Source of the DNA: Nitrospirales bacterium
GTDB taxonomy: Bacteria > Nitrospirota > Nitrospiria > Nitrospirales > UBA8639
Direction of reading: 5' to 3'
Length of the DNA stretch: 64,000 nucleotides
NCBI GenBank assembly: GCA_965203295.1
Contig: CBDBCZ010000008.1
Location: 1-64,000, forward strand
Shown here one piece after another: positions 1 through 52,426 of the stretch (position 1 is its first letter; every line of letters begins with the position of its first letter). A program made the translations under genes and the position numbers. The notes below the pieces were generated by a model. The model searched no databases and was not told the DNA's origin. It saw nothing but the letters and a program-made list of their open reading frames with translations.

Positions 1-12780
<12,780 letters not shown>

Positions 12781-14352
12781 AGAATAGATTGAATTTGAAT
12801 CAATCTCTAGTTACCGAGAACTATTGGTTTTTTTTCTTTTTTTTCCAGCTGCTACTTTTGCTGGTAGGTGATGTATGGATTAACAAAACAAAATATCTCT
12901 CAGTGTCGTAGGTATACTTCTGGTACGGTATGTAGACATCAGGTGTGTTTTTCAGGCTGTCTAGTCATATGATTTTCTTTTAGTCATATTTGTGGAGGAA
13001 AATTTTCACCTAGCACAATTGATTTTAGCTGTATCATACCATTGTAATATTCAACAATTTGTTCAGGTTGAGTTGGTCAATGGCGTACGCGCTACAGCAA
13101 CGACATAATTGAGTAATGTACTGTAGGTGGTCATTATATGGCGATCAGGTGAACGTGGTTGCTCTTGCTCTTCAATATCCTTAGGCTTGTAGTTGTAGTT
13201 GATTCCCAGAGTCCAGTGCCCTTGAGGTTCAGTTAATTAAAACAACACTAGTGTATTGTCATAGTCAGCAGCTTAGATTATGCTACACACCCTCCCTCAC
13301 TACATGAAGCTGAAACTGGTGGCTGCATGCGGGGGGGCCATATTTGAAAAAAGGTACGACGCGCACCCACCGAGTTGGTTGGTTGTTTGGGCGAGTCAGC
13401 AAAAAAGGTCCCAAAAACTAGGGGATTTTTTTGCAGGCAAGAGTTTAGATTCTGGCAGTACAAGCAATAGAGGATGCCTCATATCCATTATAAATCACAG
13501 CTTGTGTATAGTTTGCAAGCAATAGTGACACTGATCTCATGTCATTGCTTATTCGGTGGCAGCTCACCAGTCTTTGGCGATCAGTAAGTGCTAAGTATGG
13601 GTTGGGTCAAATTAGTTAACCATTTTATGATGTCAGTGCATGGTTAATTAATTATTTATGATGTAATTTCTTGTAATTATGACACTTTGTGATGCAGTTG
13701 GTAGGTTGTTTTGGGGGATCTGCAAAAATGGGGCTGTGCATCATGGACTTTTTTTGCTGGGGCCTCCTGCTGCATGTCATTTTAAAATGTCTGCCTGCAC
13801 AAGAACTTCATTAAACTGAAGACACACAGATAGGTACATGCAATGTAGGCACAAATAAAACCAAAGGAAATTTTTTTGATATAGCTAGTATGAGAAACTT
13901 TACAGCAACAACAGAAAAAATTGTAAATAACAAGACTAGGTGAAAAATTGTCCTAGGCGAAGGAAAGGAGTTACAACTCGTCTCTCTCTTTGACACCCGA
14001 GATACCGGTATATGGGGCCCAGGGGGCCCTCGTTTAGGGGGGGACCCATTTTACCTTGACACTGGTCTGTTTTTAGCTTTTTTTAAATCTAATTATGTGA
14101 AGCCATACTAAAACAACACTACAATATACCGGGTACAGGTATATAATATTATGTGATTTAGTTCTTGACCCAGAGAGTTTAGTGCAAAAATTTAATGGTT
14201 TCAACCATACAAGTGATATGACCATGTCAACATAACTACTACACAATATGAAAGCACCTTTGTTTACAATGATGATTGTTATGAAAATGACTTGAGACTA
14301 TGATTCAGATGAAACGAATGACACTCCACTAACGCAATAACTAGTTAGTCTC

Positions 14353-40836
<26,484 letters not shown>

Positions 40837-41339
40837 TTTTTTTTTACTCTCCTGGACTGTGGATTGTCAGGGGTTGCAGAGGGATAGGAAACTTTCGACC
40901 AGTCTGTATCTTCCGACTGGACACGATCGCGAACTTATTACTTGCCCAATGTTCGCTGTCTAGCCATTAAGCTATCTTTAACAGTTCTTTTGTGCCCAAA
41001 CGTATGCTTTTGCTCACGGCGAGCTACGCCCCCCCTCCAACAATGAATCTGTATTTTGCGTACCCTTTAAGTTTACTCCACTGATTCTGGTCCGGAGTAG
41101 ATTGCAGAGCCGATCACGGGGTTTTCAATAGAGGCGATCTTGTCCGTACTCTATATCTATGCTGAAACACAGTAGCTAGTTCAACTGTCACTGCCACAGC
41201 TTAGTCTTAGTTTATTATTTATCATGCTGACATGCAGGGGACGGTACGGTGCACAAAAGTAGGTGGGGCACCTTAGGTGATTACGCAATCCACGCTTGGG
41301 GGCGCGCGCGCCTATTTGGGTTATAGGGATCGAACTGTT

Positions 41340-42200
41340 TTCTTCTACAACCAGTTTTGGAGGTTTTCAAGGTTTTACATTTCACTAGTTAGCTATAGTC
41401 AATGAAAATTAAAGTTCATGGCCAGTGTAGAAGGGTTTTGCTAGTAATTTAAGCAAGAACTTCAATGGGGCAGGGGGTTTAGAATATTTTTAGTAGTTGT
41501 TAAGAGGTTTTTGAGGTTTTCAAATGCTTTAGTAGGTGTCAACAAGATTTTTGGGTTTTAGATTTTCAGTACGTAGTTTTTTAGAGTTTTTTGAATGGTT
41601 TTTACCATATGTACATGTAGTTGACAAAAGGTTTACAAGGTTTTTAGCGTTTAGAAGGTTTTCAGTAGCTAGCTACATGTCGTTGTCGAGAAGGTTTAGA
41701 GGCCTGTTTTAAAATAGTTAGAGGCTTTTGAGGTTTTCGAATGCAAACGTAATCAACAGTCTATAATATCAATGTCAAAAGTACGTATACATGACATTGT
41801 GCAATCATAAAACAGCGCAATGCTCATGAAATTTATCTCATGACACGTTTCTTCAGGAGATAATATCTCAGCAGTAGAATTCCAGCTGATATATATTATA
41901 TATCAGCTGGAATTCTACTGCTTTCAAGTGGCAATCAAAACCATCCAAAAAACCTGTATTATGCCACAGAAAACCTTCTAAAACATGTTATAAACTAAAA
42001 CTTGTAAATCCTGTCTTAGCTACCTCACCGATAACCACTGACAATCTTCTAAAACCTGAAAACCTCCAAAACTTTATCCCACAGAAAACCTGTGCAACTA
42101 GCCAGCAGAAAACCACTGACAACTTTCTAAACAGAGAACTTCCAATCCTCTAATACTAAGTCTCACCCAACAGAATAACTTCTAAAACCTGTCATCCATA
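41340..42200. repeat. Degenerate foldback region with a near-perfect 53-bp hairpin (41870-41922)
   Basis: The left half is rich in GGTTTT and the right half in AAAACC (e.g. TTTTGGAGGTTTTCAAGGTTTTA ~41355 vs TAAAACCTGAAAACCTCCAAAA ~42050). Hairpin: AGCAGTAGAATTCCAGCTGATATATA-T-TATATATCAGCTGGAATTCTACTGCT. Confidence 0.65.
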
Positions 42201-43371
42201 TAATATGATATGATTGGTGGAAGTAAGCAGAAAGGACTACCACGTAGCACTCAGTGATGGGTGCTTTGAGCACAGGCAGCTTTCTGTGTTTCCACCGACT
42301 ACAGTAAGTGTATATGCTGTAACCAGGAACACCAAGAAGCAAGCACCTGTTCAATCATGTGTACTGTGTGTGTGTGCCAGGTGCCTGAGTCTTATGGCCC
42401 AAACATGATACAGTGTGACATGTACAAGTGCAGTTGTTGGCCATTTTATGTGTATCAATCTACATGTGAAATCTCCTGTACCTGTACCTAACACATGGTA
42501 CGTTGTACATCCTGCAAATACGTAGACTACGTATTCATCTGGTGACATTCCATTGTTTGTTTTGAGTAAGTATTCATCTTCTGTGTGCGGAAACCAATAC
42601 TTGAAATTTCAGACTACACACGTCATGCACAGGCTTATTGAAATTGTAGGATGCCTACTTTCACAACGGGGTGTCGTGAACATGAGCATGGGGGTGCTCA
42701 TATTTACGTGAAAATAGGCATCCGGAATGCCCATATTTGGAGATGCCTGTTTTCACTGGACACCAGTCCGTTCCGTAAAATAATGACCTCCGGTTGAGTA
42801 CATGTTGTGAAGGTATATATAGAGCACAGGCTATGAACTATATCAGAATATGTTGTTAGTGGATTACTGTAAAGTTAATGGAACTTTTAAGTTACAATGT
42901 GATGCATGTGGGTAGAGAACTAAAAGTGCATGCTTAGAACAATATTACAGCGGACACAAGCAAGCCTCCTCCCCATGCCCAATGGCAAGCTCAACTTTGA
43001 TCCTTGGTTTCCAAGGGAGATAATTTTTAGACAGCAGGTCACTCACCCCACTACGCAGCGAGCTATCCTTTACGCAGGGCCCACTTTTAAACCCATTACA
43101 TCATAACCACACAGTACATGACTGTACTACTTCGTGCACTACAAGGCACCATTAAATTACCCAAGACGACAACACAGGCACGAAGGGAAATCAGAGAGAA
43201 TTCCATTATAGCAAGACTAGTACAGTACAGTGCATGTGTGTACTAAGACATTTAGAATAATGAGAGTCAGAACCACGCTCAATCAGCATCATGTCCCGCA
43301 AAAACAAGCCAGTTCCACGCAGATATACAATGTCGTGTTCATCCCTAAAAAAAAAAAAAAACATAGAGTGC

Positions 43372-46300
43372 TCATAGCAAAGGTCTGACTTGTCCCATTT
43401 GCGGGGGTTGTTGCATGGGCGGCGGCTGGCCTGGTCTCATGGGCATCATGACTCCGGGATGGGGCTGCATCAGGGGATTCGAGGGAGGAGCGTTCATGGG
43501 GGGAGGTCCCATTCCAGGACGGATTACGTTTCCCGGAATGGAACCGTGAGGAGGTGGCAGCAGTCTCGGACCGGGACCTCCCTGCATGGGGGGCATCCCT
43601 GGTCTAATGAGCGGCGGTCCCGGCAGTTGAGGGGCCGGGGCTTGGGAGGACGATGGCATTCCACCGGGGGGTTGCTGCAGCGTCGGGGGAAACTGTGGCT
43701 GGGCTGGGTTCTGGGGCTGGGACTGTGCTTGGGGAGGGGGCGTCTTCGCAGTTCTGTACTTTTCCAGCTTGCTACGTACCTCTTCCTGGGCATGGAATGA
43801 AGAGGAACATTTAAAGGCAACGCAATTGCCATCACCTGTCCCAGTATTCCTTGGGAATTGATAGATGCTGTATTAGATGGACCCAAGAGCACATAAATAA
43901 AACTTTTACGCCTCTCACTCACTCTTTCGGGGAGGGGAATTTGTCATGATGAGATAATAGTGGAGGTAGATAGAAAGACTCCTAAATACCGTATTTTCGT
44001 GAACAGATGCTGCGGCTAGTAATGATTTCATCACGTGATTTTCTGCGGCCACTTATCGAGAGTGGCCACTAATTGAGGATGGCGTTTATTAGATTGAGAA
44101 GTTTGCCGGCTACACAGTGATGCACAACGGCAGTTCCAATCCGTTCGATAAATCACTGTCCGTGCCTTATCCTTGTAGTACTGGAATTCTTGCCATGGCT
44201 ACTATTTGAGGGTGTCCACTGCTTCGTTCAGCACTTCCAGAGGTGGGGCTACTATGTGAGGGCTGCTACTAATCAAGGGCAGTGTCTATTCGCAGAAATG
44301 TGGCACAATTACATGTACGATATGGAAAAAGTAATTAATTAGCAGGGGCTTTGTGACTGGCACCATCACAGCTGCCCCCTTCGACTCACCAGTGAAATAT
44401 CATCTTCGGGGTGCATCAGCTTACAGTTGGGTCCGACGGGGGTCACCTTGCTGACGGGTCTATCCGGCACCGCGGGGAGCCTGGGCAGTTCGCTGGGCGG
44501 GGGCTGCTGGGTCGGCTGTTGCTGGTAGGCCGGGAACGTGGGTCTGGGACCGTTGGGGTTGCTGGGTTGGGTCGGGTTGGGGGGGCGGGGCGGGGCTCTG
44601 CTCGCCATTGGTCCCGGCTGGGGAGAACACGCGAAGGAGTTCATAGTACACAATGTAGTAGTATATACATGACATTGTGTATGTGGCAGTCATGTGTTGA
44701 AATCGATAATCGATTTTAAAAAAATTTACATGGAAACATGCACGTTTTTGTGCTTTCCTGTTTAAAATGTGCATGAAAGCATAAAAACATGCAGGCTTTC
44801 ATGTATTTTCTCCATTTAGTGCCTCCTTTTACCCAGTAAAGGGTCTATTCCTGCTCTTTGAGTCTGCTGTGTCTCACCTGTGAAGCACTTGGGAAGAGGG
44901 GTCTGGGGGGCAATGGGACCACTCTGAGACAGAAAGAGGAGAGCACCGTTAGAAGATTAAAGTGGGATCAAACCATACACCCATGCAACTCCTTCCAAAG
45001 GTATTGTTGGTTGTGTGACAACCTCAAAATACCCTAGCGTGCTACGCTACTGACTAGAGAAGTCACAGAGCTGAACGCACCCAGGCTGCATCGGCATGGG
45101 GGCCATACGAGGACCTACGAGAGGAAGAGGAGACAGCAGTAAGTTTCAGATCCTGGCCCGAGGATAGTCCCACAATCAAGATAGTCTCACTCCCAGCCCA
45201 CATCAAGGGTAAGGTTTAAGTCAACAAGCCATACACCTCACAGGAGACTTCAAAACACTTATTATGTAAGGGGTTTTCCCCAGCAAGCTATATAGTACCC
45301 ATGGGCGTTCATGAAAGTACACACAGAATATAAAAACCCACCTGGAGGAACCATTCCAGGCATGACGGCTGGCGGCATGGCAGGCATCATCATGGGGGGC
45401 GGGGCCATGCCCGGCATGACGGCAGCGGCCGGGTTGAACATCATCCCCATGGGACCCATCTGGTCCATCCTCAGCTTCTTGGGCTGGGGCTGGGCCAGGT
45501 CTCCCTCGCTGCCGCCTGGGAGGGAGGGAGGGGAGGGAAGAGAGGGAGGGGGGGAGGGAGGAAGGGAGGAAGGATGGGAGGGAGGGAGGGAGGAAGGGAG
45601 GGAAGGAGAGAGGGAAGGAGGAGATGGGGTATCATCGCTGATGAAGTGTCTGCTCACAGAGGCAATGAAACAACATAGTTTTGTACACTCATGTCAACCC
45701 TATACTATATGTCAAGTAGGTTCGTTCCCAGGCTCTACTCCTCAGCTTTTAATTTGCACACATAGCAAAATAAGTTACTACGAGTGATGGGGAGTGGAGA
45801 CTGGAAAAGAGGCTAACATTACGAATTCTATATAGATCTGCGTGGCTAGGCATAATGAAATCTTTTACATACTCTCTAGAAGGAACACTAGCCCCTTCTG
45901 ACAAGGCCATCCCCTCTCATTTCCTTCCACTGCCCCAAACTACATGCACTAGCTATAAAAGAGAGAGAGAAAGAGAGAGAGAGAGTTAGTTATTGTACGG
46001 CTGAGACTCACTGTCACATACATGTAGCTACCGACGGAGAAACAAGAATGAAAGCAGTGAATCTCTGCAAAGAAATCAATTTGAGAGTGTAGTGTCACTG
46101 GAAGGCATCCACACAGCGTACAGCATTGCAGTACACAGTCATACAAAGTATGCTACCCAGGGTTTCATACAGGATCATTCCTATTTTGCCAGGGGGTGAG
46201 GACTATTTTGGGATAGTAAATGGATGCATCCAAAACAGACAGGGCGCAAACCACACACTTCTAGGGGGGCCTGGGGGCATGCCCCTTAGAGAAAATCTGT

Positions 46301-47720
46301 CCTGAGATTGATTTCGGTGGGTTTTGGTATGTAGCTGACTACCCAACAGTTGTGTTCAAAATCACAGTAAATTAGAACAAGTATCATTAGGAATAAGGTA
46401 ATAATGCCATAATAATTATTTAATTCTGAAGGGGGAGGAGAATCTTGCTGGGAGGTCTGTATGAAACCCTACTACCCATAGAGAGTTACAAAAAATAGTT
46501 GCCTCCTGGGTAACCTACATAGGCTAATTAGATCATGTTTACGTAACCATATACATTGGATCTATGCCGAAATTCTAAACACACTTATTTGCACATGTGG
46601 GAGCAAGCCTGGTGGACAACCAAGTTCTGAAAAAATTGTGAACTATTCCTACATGGTTGATTCCATGATGACCAGTAGCAGGAAACCGTACCAGGAGTAC
46701 TGTGAAATGCTAGGGCTTTTAAAACTCCCAGCAACAAGCCTAACCTCACAATAACAGTACAACGACGTGTCTCAAATACAATGCCCATTACTATACCCAG
46801 CAAACAGAACACAAAGAGACAGACTTACCACTCTTAGCTCGTTCATGTGCTATTCTATCCTCCTCTGGAATACCTTCCATGCCGAATATCTCAATTTCGA
46901 TGTTGTCCCGCCCCGCGATTGCATTGGGGACGTGGTTTACAGTCTCCTTATGCACTTGGGAGCAGTGGATGGCCAGGCCCGGGGCAGTGTAGAGCTTCTT
47001 GTGGCATATGTGGCACTTAAAGTGCTTTGCTTTCTGGTGGTACACTAGGACCTTGTCATCGTCAAACTCCCGGTTGCAGTACCTGGGTGCTGGTCAAGGA
47101 AATTACGAAGGGCTTCTCACAGAAAGGAGCCTGTGTAGTCGTGTAGCATACTTGCTCAAAGCTCAAAATAGCAGCTGGCCACTGGCCATTTTCCGTGCAA
47201 TTTTCTACAATGGCCACCCAAAAATTTGATCATGGTTGTATCAAATTGTACAGTTGGCAAATCAAAATTTCAGCTTGGCCAGCCAAACCCAGAACCTTAT
47301 TTTTAGCTCTGCTTACTGATTTTTTTATGTAAGAAACTGTCAACTTTTCAGGCCAAATGTATGGATGGACGTAGTAAAAGTTTGTTTGCAAAACCAGAGA
47401 TAATAGAGCACGAGCTCTATTAGCTACGGCAAACGCAGTCTCGCCCAGACAAGACAGCAAAACGACTACAAGGTAAACATTCCATTTAATGCCTCCTGCT
47501 ATTTCAAAGCCAAGAATTCCTTACTAATTAAGTGACATTGTGTAGAAATTATATACACCTGCTACATCCACTACTACAGACGTAGCTAGGTGGGAGAGGG
47601 TTACGTACTAGGGACATGCAAATTATTATGACACACACTCACACAAAACAAAATGTCTGCCATCATCACACAAGGATACCAGCACCACGGCTTTACTAGT
47701 TTCTTCTTCTTTCTTCCCAT
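43372..47720 (-). CDS. ZNF207: BUB3-interacting GLEBS-motif zinc finger protein ZNF207 (BuGZ)
   Basis: Exons 47720-47680, 47082-46829, 45515-45342, 45114-45081, 44923-44878, 44617-44390, 43785-43372, all phase-compatible. N-terminus [60 protein letters not shown]...[12 protein letters not shown]; Pro/Met-rich middle; GLEBS-region [21 protein letters not shown]. Confidence 0.96.
47083..47679 (-). other. U12-type (minor spliceosome) GT-AG intron, first intron of ZNF207
   Basis: 5' splice site GTATCCTT (plus strand 47672-47679) and branch point TCCTTGAC (plus strand 47093-47100), about 10 nt before the AG, with no polypyrimidine tract. Confidence 0.92.
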
Positions 47721-47970
47721 CTTGAGACAACCCAGCTTACCCTAGGACGCGGGACCGAAACTGCACCGGGCCAGGCAAGGCAAGCCGAGGGCGAGTGGCT
47801 TTTGATCGAGCGCCACCACGTGCTAAAAACTTTAATTAACCATCGGAAAATTTGTAATTTTTTCGACGGGCGCAAAGCTGGGAATTGATTGGTCAAAACG
47901 GTCCAACTTGGCGGTAGCTAGCCGGGAAACGATATTATTCTATTTATAGCACATCCTCAAATCATCCGCA
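47721..47970. promoter_or_regulatory. Bidirectional promoter region ZNF207 / CENP-X
   Basis: 250 bp between divergent ATGs; CpG-rich; inverted CCAAT (GATTGG ~47887) and CACGTG (~47817). Confidence 0.65.
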
Positions 47971-49537
47971 ATGGAGACGTTGGAGAACAACCCTTTCAAA
48001 TTGGTATTGGTTGATATGGAAATCTATCTATTTGTCTATCTGTAATATCCTTTTTTCTTACCAGGAAACAGTTGCACAACTGCTGAAAATGCACTTTAAA
48101 GACAAGAAAACCAAACGTAAGGATTTCGTTTTTCACTGATCTTAGCTATTAAATGTTTTTAAATATTCTATAGCTAGCTGTCCATATTCTTGCCTAGTCT
48201 ACCCACCTTGTAGCATAGCATCCCACTTTGTCACTCCCAGCCCAAAGTCATCACCTATATTGGCAGTGCTTCCATTGCACAATCGAACCTAAGGATTCTT
48301 CTAGTTGACATGTATCTTATTTAAACCATTGATCAGCTCCATGCAACTGCAGCAGATGGCACAGAACTCTAAAGAGACGGTGTCAATGGTGTTATTTTAA
48401 TGGAATAAGGCTACAAAAAGTTTCACAAATTTGATCTTATTACGAGTAAGTGGGTAATATCGTAGAATATTTCTGGCTTGGGCTATACAATAATACTGCT
48501 TACTATAATGCATGAGTACGTAATAAAACGTTTATTTGATTTATCTGTGGTATTTTAATGCAGTAGCTTGCAGATGCACACATATGAATTCCCTCATTAG
48601 TCCCCTCCTAGCAATAGCGCTTTTCTGTCATCTTGAAATCTGCTTTTCCACCCTGACAGTTAACAACGACGCCCTCAAACTCAGTGCAGAGCTACTGTAT
48701 GTGTTTGTTCTAGGTAAGCTGACTGAAAAACCAGTAGGACCTATTGTACTGGGACGTACCACGACAAGAAATTAAGTCTCCACTCTCGTTCTCACAGAAT
48801 GTGCTTACAGAGCTGCTGCCCAGGCTAAGGTAAAAAGCAATCCTAGCGTACCATCGATCCCAGGCCTCACTCACTGTTTATTGCTTGCTGTACAAATATG
48901 CCTTTCTTTCACTGTGGGGAGCCTAGGAATGAGGCCTACAATAGGGTAATATCAATTTGCTAACTTTGTCACTATACTGGATAGCACGAGTTAAGGCGAT
49001 TCAGAGAATGGACGTAATTATACAGGACTGGTAGTGATGCAGTAGATGTTTGCAAAGTTACATTATGCTAGTTATTTCCTGAGTTCCACACGTATATACG
49101 TATGGCAGTTTCTATCACAGACTTACTGTAGTAGAAGTGCACCTTTTGCCACAAGTCTGTGGTGGGGATGTACGATTTCTTTGACCTGTTAGAGGGCAAG
49201 TTTAAGGTATATATACACAGGATTGTTTCTGTAAGTTTCTACATAATTATTCTGAAACATGCATGGATATATGTAGAGTGTGGTTCCTTGGTACACGGTG
49301 TATTATATCTGTGTGCCTGTATACATCTTTCCCTTGCTAATCATATGGCAGCAATGCACCCTTGATGGCATGCAGTAATTGTTACATCACACTGTATACA
49401 TGTAGGCTGAAGACGCCTCACAAGTCGACATACAGCATTTTGAGAAAGTGCTACCTAAACTGGTAAGTTTGTCCGTAAAAACCCAGTGATAGCGTTATTA
49501 TATTTTCCTACATCATTTGCAGTTACTAGACTTTTGA
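47971..49537 (+). CDS. CENPX: Centromere protein X (STRA13/MHF2), histone-fold
   Basis: Exons 47971-48003, 48065-48116, 48660-48713, 48798-48839, 49406-49462, 49523-49537 give METLENNPFKLETVAQLLKMHFKDKKTKLNNDALKLSAELLYVFVLECAYRAAAQAKAEDASQVDIQHFEKVLPKLLLDF*, with the characteristic C-terminus EKVLPxLLLDF. Most of it is missed by the ORF track because the exons are small. Confidence 0.93.
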
Positions 49538-51368
49538 TCAAGATGCTGAAGAAACCTACATGTACTCTGGTTACGTTGCATTTTTTTGTATTCAGCAACA
49601 CAAAACATGACAAATAAATGCCTGCTCTATTTCTGGTACAACTATATTATCACTGTGAACAGCCAAGTATTGTACACTATTGCAATTAAAAATTGCATAG
49701 TTCTAGTGACAGACACAACTAGGTCCAAAAGATTAGAGTCGCTAATTGTAGTAAATCACTTCGCTACTAACCCTTTAACCCTAGAGACCAGCACATTATG
49801 CTTGTAAATTTACCTATTATGCTATGCTCCTATTCCTGATCATAATTGCACATATGACCTATTATGCTTGCTCACATGACCTATTATGCTCGACATTATC
49901 CTTAATATTTAAAGGCTTAAAACCAAACAATTCTCGAAGTAACCAGTACAAGTATTAGTGATGATTATAGTGGAGCATGAGAGAGGTTTCAACCTAGAAT
50001 TTTGCTGTTTATTGCCAATGAACAAGCAACGAAAAACACGTTCAGCTGCATGTGCATATGCATTACATAATTATTTCACGTAAAAATTCACCTATTATGC
50101 CAGCATTATGCCTGATGCTTGACACACCTATTATGCTCAAAATTATGCTGGCATATTGTGCCTGTCCCTGAATTTAGCCCTAGTAGATGTATCTACTAGG
50201 GCTAAAGGGCTAACAGAAACCCACACTACCCATGAGTGAGGGTATAAACAAGAGAGCCGTACATGTAGCTTGGCCAGAGTCTGATAATTTTCCTCAATAC
50301 CTGGAATCCCCTCTGTTTACAAAACAGACTGAGTAAGGAAAGCCACACCAATATTATTCCATATTGTTGATTGCACTTCAGAGGGTGGAGGCGTGTTCTA
50401 ACTGGCTTGCAGTTGCACACCCAAAAGGCTTCAGCATGTGTTGCAAATTTAAAAAAATTAGTGGCAAGAGCACAGCATGACTCAGCTACATAATGTATAT
50501 GAAGGGTCGAGAACCTCAGAGTGGGCCAACCCAACATCAAACTCGACCAAAAATGATAAATTTAAGTTTTAAGTCAATTTTGTGGGATAGACCACTCTGT
50601 ATAATGTATTTTCCGCATTCTTGAAGAACTCCCTCTGCAAGTGAAGCAGCAAACCACTTTGCAGTAGTCAGAATGACAGTTCTTTCTTCCTGTGCGTGTC
50701 ATGCAGGCAAGCATTTGCATTGGTAATCTGCTTCAACTCTCAGTAGCCCTTCTGGTACTCTCTCTGAAGTTATTGAAGTGTTGAAGCACATCTGAATATC
50801 TGCATAGAATGGATTGCATGCATGTACATCTTTGGCCACTGCATCTAATGAAGAGTTCAGGTCTATCAGTTCACCTGCTTTAAACCAGTTACTGTATGCC
50901 TACGGAAACACAGTTGTCTGAGCGGTGGGTGAGTCCAGGAGTAACAAATCACCACTTTGTGGTCTAACTCCAGGAGTTAGACCACAAAGTGGTGTGGCCT
51001 ACCCCCATAGCTAGCTACTCAGATCAGGTATTCACATTATATATTTTTTTGTCTCAAGTTTGGAAGGCGGAAGTTCTTTAATTGGGTTAGACCACTCTGG
51101 TTCTCAGCCCTTCAATTACTGCATCACATGTCATGGGTAGCTATACATGTAGGTGCATGTGTAGTGTTTTAGCCTCCATTCCAAGCCTTCTCCGCTGTCA
51201 AGTTTTGTTCAGCAGGGAGGCCAAGGAACCATAAAGCACTTAAAGTGAGTTCTTAAACCGTCCATGACCCTTTTGCTGCTTGAGGAATTAGAATGGTACC
51301 AAGGACACGGCTGTCAAGTTGAAGCCAGCGTACAATTCAATTAAAAAAAGAACGAAGATATAATAGTC

Positions 51369-51646
51369 GGGGCGAGCCCCACATTAGCGAGTTGACAGAC
51401 TTTGTGAATTGCTTGTATTGCTTACGTAATGCCGAATCTATGCGCAATATTCTTTTGCGGCCTAGGTATAAAGTAAGAAGGCCAGTATAGTTTACTAGCA
51501 TGAACCTCTTTGCTTTCGATTCGTATATGGTACGTTAACCGCGTAGTTGCTAGCGAGATACCGTAACAGACAAAATCACACACACAAAAAACACACGCAC
51601 ACAACTGAGTACTGTAACCCTCGCTGCGCATGCGCGCTGAGGGATA
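51369..51646. mobile_element. Short interspersed element (Helentron-like end) directly upstream of the orphan gene
   Basis: Starts GGGGCGAGCCCCACATTAG (similar to ends of the 1849-2272 repeat) and ends TACTGTAACCCTCGCTGCGCATGCGCGCTGAGGGATA, a GC stem-loop. Confidence 0.45.
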
Positions 51647-51781
51647 GGACGTAAATATAAGGGGGCGTGGCGAAACATTACAATTATATAGGCTAGGGAT
51701 TACTTGTGGTGTGCAGTTCGCTTTCAGTGACAACTCTCATGCAACTTCTTGTTGGAGTAACAATCATCAGCGATATAAATC

Positions 51782-52426
51782 ATGGGAACCGCACTGTCAG
51801 TACTCCGAGAGCAAGAGGCTAAACAGGAGGCGCAAGCGAAAGAGCAACTCGCTATGCTCGAGAAAATGGCACAGGCACAACTCGCGAGCAAAGTGGATGA
51901 GATTCTGCATGGACGTTCTGACGACGAGGAGATTCACAAAGGACTAGTTGTAGCCAAACATCAGCAAATCTTCGTCAATGCGTCCTCAAAATCGGACAAA
52001 GCCCATAAAGCTATAGATGATTTCTTTAGTGGCGATCTTCTCAATGGCGCAAAAGAGCTCATTCTTGGCGGAGTAGACGAACTACTTGGCAACTATTCCG
52101 TTGGTGAAAACGAGTCTGAGGACATGCTCATACTTTGGGAGAATAACGCCCTACTTCGTGTCGACGTATACTACTGGAAGTGGAACTTCTCCAGCGAAGG
52201 TGTCGTGAAGGTCGCTCAGAACGTCTTTGCCGTGTACTGCGTTAAACGGGTGATAAACCCCGAACAAGTGGACCCGAACGTCCTTATTTATGCCATCTCT
52301 CGAATGTGTGCAAAAAATAAGATGAAGGCCGACGAAGCCCTGGATTATGTCAAGAAAATAATGGAGAAGCTGAAGGAAGTCAAAGAAGCCATCAACTGGA
52401 AACCACCGCAAATAACAGCTGAGTAA
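51782..52426 (+). CDS. Intronless 214-aa protein of unknown function with N-myristoylation motif (MGTALS)
   Basis: Clean ATG in AATCATGG context through TAA; natural amino-acid composition (helical N-terminus, beta-rich core LILWENNALLRVDVYYWKWNF); CpG-rich relative to its flanks; TATA-like AATATAAGGG at ~51655. Confidence 0.8.
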   Translation: MGTALSVLREQEAKQEAQAKEQLAMLEKMAQAQLASKVDEILHGRSDDEEIHKGLVVAKHQQIFVNASSKSDKAHKAIDDFFSGDLLNGAKELILGGVDELLGNYSVGENESEDMLILWENNALLRVDVYYWKWNFSSEGVVKVAQNVFAVYCVKRVINPEQVDPNVLIYAISRMCAKNKMKADEALDYVKKIMEKLKEVKEAINWKPPQITAE

